From: a virus
Taxonomy: Duplodnaviria > Caudoviricetes
Length of the DNA: 64,000 bases
Strand: one strand, 5' to 3'
IMG/VR virus record: IMGVR_UViG_3300031555_003590
Coordinates: 228,120-292,119 of that record
Numbering within the stretch: position 1 is the first letter of the stretch; the number at the start of each line of letters is the position of its first letter. Position numbers and translations under genes: made by a program. The notes beneath the pieces were generated by a model. It had not been told where the DNA came from. It saw only the letters and a list, made by a program, of their open reading frames with translations, and made no database searches. Below, in pieces: positions 59,371 through 64,000 of the stretch.

Positions 59371-60180
59371 TTATACAACTATATTATTATTTTCATCTAT
59401 ACAAACACCTAGAGGAAGTATAAATGTAGGTCTTGCTCTCATAGAATTTCCAACCATTGATACTACTCCATTATAAAGTGAACCATTACTTCCGACTGAA
59501 AATGCCGTATAATAACCATCCTCATCATCAGTAACAACACCATTACTATTACTATACATAGTTCTTGTCCAATAAGGTTGTGCTGTTCCATTGGAATATG
59601 CTATTAGACCGCTTACTATAAATTGGGAACTTGATTGTTTAGGAAAATAATCCCACATACCTTCTCTTAATTCATAAAAAGATGGTGAAAATATTTTTCT
59701 AGATAAGCCATTAGTTAAAATATCATCACTAGCTTTTTCACTATCATATGGAATTTTAGCATTTATTATAGCATTTTGTACAGATGTATCAAGAAGTTTT
59801 AAATAAGTATTATTCAAATAATTATCTAATGCTCCACCAACATAAGTGGCTTGGTTATTTGAAAATTGATATGTATTAGCAGTTAAATCCTTTTGCATAA
59901 CCCATGTACCATTACAACTAGAATCATACTTACTAGTATCAGGATTTCCAACATGAACAATTATAAACTCTGTAGAAACTTCATTGACATTCATATATAC
60001 ACTATTTCCAACATTACTAGTTGTAGTAGGAGTACCATTCATATAAAACTGCCGTGATATCCCACTAACACCTATATATCCATTACTAACTATTCTATCT
60101 AATCCACTTACTCCTATATTGGGTTGTTTTATTTTTCTAGCTACACTAGATACTCCAATGTTTATAACTTTTGCCAACAT
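59371..60180 (-). CDS. Fibre-tip protein: IGVSG docking module plus DUF6273-like domain
   Basis: EFIIVH...Y..S...YLNNTY...YWTRT...RPTFILP; start refined to ATG 60180 (RBS GGAGG). Confidence 0.7.
   Translation of the reverse strand: MLAKVINIGVSSVARKIKQPNIGVSGLDRIVSNGYIGVSGISRQFYMNGTPTTTSNVGNSVYMNVNEVSTEFIIVHVGNPDTSKYDSSCNGTWVMQKDLTANTYQFSNNQATYVGGALDNYLNNTYLKLLDTSVQNAIINAKIPYDSEKASDDILTNGLSRKIFSPSFYELREGMWDYFPKQSSSQFIVSGLIAYSNGTAQPYWTRTMYSNSNGVVTDDEDGYYTAFSVGSNGSLYNGVVSMVGNSMRARPTFILPLGVCIDENNNIVV
60056..60156 (-). repeat. 101-bp exact direct repeat, copy at 61859-61959
   Basis: Encodes GVSSVARKIKQPNIGVSGLDRIVSNGYIGVSGIS in both genes. Confidence 0.92.
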
Positions 60181-60390
60181 CAACACCTCCCTCAATTAAA
60201 ATCTGATTGAGGTGCTGAATATTCAAATGTTTTATATTCAATTATAATGTGGGGGGGTGATTAAATATTTCATTATTTTATCCCTTCTTTCAATAATCTA
60301 ATATATAATAATACTTTACTATATCAGTTTTGATCGATAATATTATTGATAAAATACACAGGGTCCTATATAGGACCCTGTGATTATTAT

Positions 60391-60720
60391 TTATTCTACA
60401 TTAGTATCTTCTTCAAAACTCTTAGGCAATTTTAATACCCAAGCTTCAACCATTTCTTCTAACTGATCAAGATCTAATTTAATATTCTTAGCAGCTAACA
60501 TTTCCATTGCTTTTTGCTTACGCTCTTCAGGTTTAATTACACCAGACTTCATCAGTTGTTCTACAGCATTAACTGCAATCTGAGCATAAGTATTTGCTCT
60601 CTCTAGTTGTTCTTTAGTATATTTTTCACGTAAATAAGGAATTAGTTGAGTGGAAATAATACCACCGATAATAGTCAGAACAGCTAATACAATTTCAGTT
60701 AAGTCAATGGTCATATTCAT
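60391..60720 (-). CDS. Holin, LL-H family-like
   Basis: N-terminal TM helix, IPYL...AQIAVNAVEQL...KQKA...IE.V pattern; late motif at 60756-60767. Confidence 0.8.
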   Translation of the reverse strand: MNMTIDLTEIVLAVLTIIGGIISTQLIPYLREKYTKEQLERANTYAQIAVNAVEQLMKSGVIKPEERKQKAMEMLAAKNIKLDLDQLEEMVEAWVLKLPKSFEEDTNVE

Positions 60721-60858
60721 AAATAATATCTCCCTTCTTAATAATCTATATAGATTATTAAAATGTTATTACATATGAAAGTATATATTATTATAGTATA
60801 TAATATTATATACCAGAGGAGGGTAGATATCTCATACCCAATTTAATGATATTATTTT

Positions 60859-61992
60859 TTATAAACTATTTCCGTCTGCACTATATGTAAGATTAATAAT
60901 ATTATATGGTGTAGAAGCAATAGTTCCATATTCAGTGAATGGTGTAGATAATGAAGTAGTTGCATAACATGAAGTTTTTGAATTGGTACCATCATATATA
61001 GTAGTAAGATATTTTTCACCATCATATACTATTCGGCCTGCAGCATATGCTGATAATGATGTTATAGTCTTTGATGTAAAAGCACTACTAATACTTGTAG
61101 AATAATATAATTCTCTGCGTTGTCCAGCACTATTACCTTTAATAGCTGTATAATATCCATTTGCATATTGAGGTAATTGGAAATAATCATACATTGTTTG
61201 TGATGAACTTCCAGCAGCATTACCAACATTTGCAAGAGTTGGAATATTATTAGAATAATATGCTGTAGCATATGTTCCCTCTTCACTATCAACTCTAGTA
61301 ATTATAAAATATCCTCCAGTATATATTATTTTTATATCACTATAACTTGATCCAATAGAACCACCTTTTGCCCATGATTTACCTTTATCTTTACTATAAT
61401 AATAGTATTGATAAGTATAATATCCAGATACCAATGTAGTTCCATCATAAGCTAAAGTTGTACTAACCATTTCAGTTAAAGTATCTGATACTAATGTAAA
61501 TGTTGATCCACCATTTGAAGAATAATAAATTGTACCTCTGCCATCTGAATTATGATATGCAATAAAAACTTCATCTCCATATTTAACACATCCTAATCTT
61601 GTATAACTATAGAAATTTGCAGATGTTGTTATACAAACACTATTCCATTCAGCTCCAGTTTCTGAAGTCATAAAATATAACGAACCAGTATTAGTAGTTC
61701 TAACTCCATAAAAACATCCATTATATGCAATATCAATTGGTCCATTAGATACTGAAGACCATGATGCACCACCATCAAGTGAATAATATACGATGCTAGT
61801 TCCTCCAGAAGGATAGCAACATGCTAAAGCATTTTTATTAGAAGTATAAAATTCTCTAGATATCCCACTAACACCTATATATCCATTACTAACTATTCTA
61901 TCTAATCCACTTACTCCTATATTGGGTTGTTTTATTTTTCTAGCTACACTAGATACTCCCATATATGCATTCTTTTCCAATATAATCACCAA
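60859..61992 (-). CDS. Fibre-tip protein: IGVSG module plus Asp-box (BNR) beta-propeller
   Basis: YYSLDGGASW, YYSSNGGSTF, YYSKDKGKSW. Confidence 0.75.
   Translation of the reverse strand: MVIILEKNAYMGVSSVARKIKQPNIGVSGLDRIVSNGYIGVSGISREFYTSNKNALACCYPSGGTSIVYYSLDGGASWSSVSNGPIDIAYNGCFYGVRTTNTGSLYFMTSETGAEWNSVCITTSANFYSYTRLGCVKYGDEVFIAYHNSDGRGTIYYSSNGGSTFTLVSDTLTEMVSTTLAYDGTTLVSGYYTYQYYYYSKDKGKSWAKGGSIGSSYSDIKIIYTGGYFIITRVDSEEGTYATAYYSNNIPTLANVGNAAGSSSQTMYDYFQLPQYANGYYTAIKGNSAGQRRELYYSTSISSAFTSKTITSLSAYAAGRIVYDGEKYLTTIYDGTNSKTSCYATTSLSTPFTEYGTIASTPYNIINLTYSADGNSL
61859..61959 (-). repeat. 101-bp exact direct repeat, copy at 60056-60156
   Basis: Nucleotide identity. Confidence 0.92.
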
Positions 61993-61994
61993 CC

Positions 61995-62074
61995 TATTAT
62001 AAAGTATACATGTTTATTATAAACATGTATACTTTATAATAGAATAATCAGGAAGGGTTTAACCCTTCCTGATT
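61995..62074. terminator. Two tandem hairpins
   Basis: TATTATAAAGTATACATGTTTA-tta-TAAACATGTATACTTTATAATA and AATCAGGAAGGGT-tta-ACCCTTCCTGATT. Confidence 0.7.
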
Positions 62075-62105
62075 GAATTAAATATTTATGATATTATTTA
62101 ATATA

Positions 62106-62219
62106 TTAGTCGAGAATTTCTGCAGCTTGTGCTTCGGTAATCCAGCCTTTCTTAACTGCATTTTCTACAACAGATTTATTTCCAGTTTTCTTATAAAGTC
62201 TTTTAATAGTTTCAAACAT
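62106..62219 (-). CDS. 37-aa XkdX-like protein MFETIKRLYKKTGNKSVVENAVKKGWITEAQAAEILD (not in ORF track)
   Basis: RBS AAGGAGG; AVxKGWITxxQxxEI pattern typical of the small gene after fibre chaperones. Confidence 0.75.
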   Translation of the reverse strand: MFETIKRLYKKTGNKSVVENAVKKGWITEAQAAEILD

Positions 62220-62235
62220 ATTGATTACCTCCTTA

Positions 62236-62661
62236 TTACTCTGCTAATAAACTATCAAGAACAAGAGCATCAACAGTTTCAGTTAAATTCGCTACTTGAG
62301 ATTCTGAATATGTGCGCTGACCCATACTAATAGTTACACGATTTTCATATGTAGCAGCAGTATCAGTAGTAGCTGGTGTAATTTCAATAGGTTTACGAGC
62401 TAATTCTACACGAATTACATAACCTTTATGAATCCACTCAGTTTCAGAAACTGTATCATCTGCTTCCTCAATTGATTCAAAAATAGAAATTGATTCACAA
62501 TTTTCTGCACTAAATAAATTATCGATTTCATCAAGAGTATTACTTTCTGGAAATACAAATGTTAATACATCTCTGCTTGCTCCCTGTACATGTTTTGATG
62601 CACCTGTTGCAAGAATTGGTTTTAATTCAGTTCCATCTACAAGTTTAATTTTTGTAATCAT
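62236..62661 (-). CDS. Fibre-associated (XkdW-like) protein
   Basis: Paralog of 44528; C-terminal LTETVDALVLDSL; precedes the XkdX-like gene. Confidence 0.7.
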   Translation of the reverse strand: MITKIKLVDGTELKPILATGASKHVQGASRDVLTFVFPESNTLDEIDNLFSAENCESISIFESIEEADDTVSETEWIHKGYVIRVELARKPIEITPATTDTAATYENRVTISMGQRTYSESQVANLTETVDALVLDSLLAE

Positions 62662-62679
62662 AATTTCATTCCTCCTTAT

Positions 62680-63240
62680 TTAAAAGATAATAGTATCTCC
62701 AATTTTTATTGAATTAATATAGGCATAAATATCAATTGCACCTTTATTTCCATTATCTAATACAAGAATAATTTCTTCTGTTCCACTTACAATTGTATAG
62801 CTATGAGTACCAGTTGAAAGATCTCTATCTACATATAGAATTTCTTCCCAATCATATAAATTCATATTTATATCAAATCCTGAATATGCATAACTATCTG
62901 AATTTGTAGTAATATCAATTGTAATTGTTTGTCCTACATATTCAGAAACATCAAATGATGCAAACGCATATACTTGCATATTTTCTGCAATTGTATTACT
63001 TGAAAATTCAGCATAGCAATGCATTTGTATCATGCCATCTGCTATCTTAGAACTAAGATCATACACTGTTTTATTTTGAGGATTATTAGTCCAAAGATAA
63101 ATTTGATAACTTTCAAGAAATTGTTTAGCAATTGAATTTACACCGATATATCCAGTTTTGCATTTTCGTGATACCCCCCCCACTCCTTGATTAAAAGAAA
63201 TTATATTACGAGAGATACCGTTAACTCCTATGTATACCAT
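62680..63240 (-). CDS. Fibre-tip protein with IGVNG module
   Basis: YIGVNGISR...GVGGVSRK...GYIGVNSIAK then a beta-rich domain. Confidence 0.7.
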   Translation of the reverse strand: MVYIGVNGISRNIISFNQGVGGVSRKCKTGYIGVNSIAKQFLESYQIYLWTNNPQNKTVYDLSSKIADGMIQMHCYAEFSSNTIAENMQVYAFASFDVSEYVGQTITIDITTNSDSYAYSGFDINMNLYDWEEILYVDRDLSTGTHSYTIVSGTEEIILVLDNGNKGAIDIYAYINSIKIGDTIIF

Positions 63241-63252
63241 ATATTTATCTCC

Positions 63253-63876
63253 TTATTTTAAACCAAATTCATATATTCTAAATAAACTATGTGTCGGATT
63301 TTCATCATCATTACTATCATAGTATGAATATGTCATTAAATATGGATACATTTCTCCTGTAATAGATGATATATCAAGTTCATATGTTATTTTTGTTGTA
63401 CTTGTTGTAAATGTGGTATTGATATAACCTGTTATATTACTTGGATTCAGTGTACTTATATAAGGATATAATCCTATTCTTGGAAGTGAACCATTTCCAC
63501 CATTAGTAACTGCTGTTGTTGTTAATAATGTTATGAATAATATAGAATAATCTGTTATATCAATAGCATTTTCACTTATTAATGAACAATAAGGAATAGT
63601 ACTCTTTGATGCTGATAATGTTAAATAATCTCCAGCATCAGTAGGTGTTAATGTTCCTGAAATTGAAGTAGTATATGAAGTATAACTTTTACATATTAAT
63701 AGGTTATCATTATTTATATTTCCATCAAAAAGACTAAGACCTTGTTTTATAAATGGCCTACAAAGTCCTTCAACTCCAATAAATCCAGAATTAATATTTC
63801 TAGCTACAGCTGATACGCCAAGATTAATATATTTACAATATCTTGATATACTAGAAATACCAATATTTTGAGACAT
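63253..63876 (-). CDS. Fibre-tip protein with IGISS/IGVEG module
   Basis: NIGISSISR..NLGVSAVAR..GFIGVEGLCR; IDITDYS...LDISSITG domain; likely start ATG 63876. Confidence 0.7.
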   Translation of the reverse strand: MSQNIGISSISRYCKYINLGVSAVARNINSGFIGVEGLCRPFIKQGLSLFDGNINNDNLLICKSYTSYTTSISGTLTPTDAGDYLTLSASKSTIPYCSLISENAIDITDYSILFITLLTTTAVTNGGNGSLPRIGLYPYISTLNPSNITGYINTTFTTSTTKITYELDISSITGEMYPYLMTYSYYDSNDDENPTHSLFRIYEFGLK

Positions 63877-64000
63877 ATATTTATCACCTTCTTTTTGAGA
63901 CAATATAAAAATTATTGTCCAATTTAATTATTATAAAAAATAATTAACTCAATAATGATCTTCTCTATATTATTACTCCGGTACTCTAAGTATCAACATT

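Noticed and set aside
9843-59476. Many short antisense or overlapping ORFs in the track (e.g. 9843, 12042, 13233, 14552, 23775, 29838, 38583, 50146, 56867, 59234)
   Set aside because: Shadow frames of real genes, with no RBS and biased composition.
55606-60180. Diversity-generating retroelement acting on the C-type-lectin-like tips (55606 and 59371 C-termini)
   Set aside because: The folds are typical DGR targets, but no reverse transcriptase or adenine-variant template repeat is seen in this window. It could exist elsewhere.
63866-63903. Short duplicated TCTCAAAA at the start of the last gene
   Set aside because: Too short to be meaningful; it only affects start choice (ATG 63876 preferred).
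1-64000. Alternative genetic code
   Set aside because: Long ORFs translate fully in code 11, and TAA, TAG and TGA all end genes followed by an RBS or terminator.
1-64000. CRISPR array, tRNA or rRNA genes
   Set aside because: No regularly spaced repeats or cloverleaf/rRNA motifs recognised; the roughly 24 palindromes are single intergenic terminator-like hairpins.

Overview
A 64-kb segment of a very AT-rich jumbo myophage of the phiKZ/AR9-like group that encodes its own split multisubunit RNA polymerase. Strong AGGAGG ribosome-binding sites, an LL-H-type holin, BspA-type LRRs and an XkdX-like gene point to a Firmicutes host, probably an anaerobic Clostridia. Core genes: an SF2 helicase with a class-3 mini-intein, a DnaB-like helicase split by a group I intron, head proteins, the probable major capsid protein, large terminase, tail sheath and tube, an RNAP beta C-terminal subunit, a probable small beta-prime C-terminal fragment, and a 5'-3' exonuclease. 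Small early genes sit behind a (C/A)GTAT-N15-17-TATATATTAT promoter, and late genes behind AAC(A/C/G)-N6-TA. The right half is a large modular fibre/adhesin region. Most notable observations: (1) a late cluster of an intein-interrupted radical SAM/SPASM enzyme, a U32-family Fe-S protein and an 892-aa target with about 88 Cys in Cxxx repeats, suggesting RiPP-like modification of a virion-sized protein; (2) an Ig-like domain split between separate genes, with one C-terminal socket and two N-terminal plugs, plus a 38-bp inverted repeat that could re-fuse it; (3) four fibre-tip genes sharing an IGVxGxxR docking module, including a 101-bp exact repeat; (4) an in-frame ochre codon followed by a 12-bp stem-loop in a MazF-like early gene; (5) head polyproteins with enzyme domains bracketed by putative prohead-protease sites. 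All family assignments come from motif recognition by eye. No searches were run.
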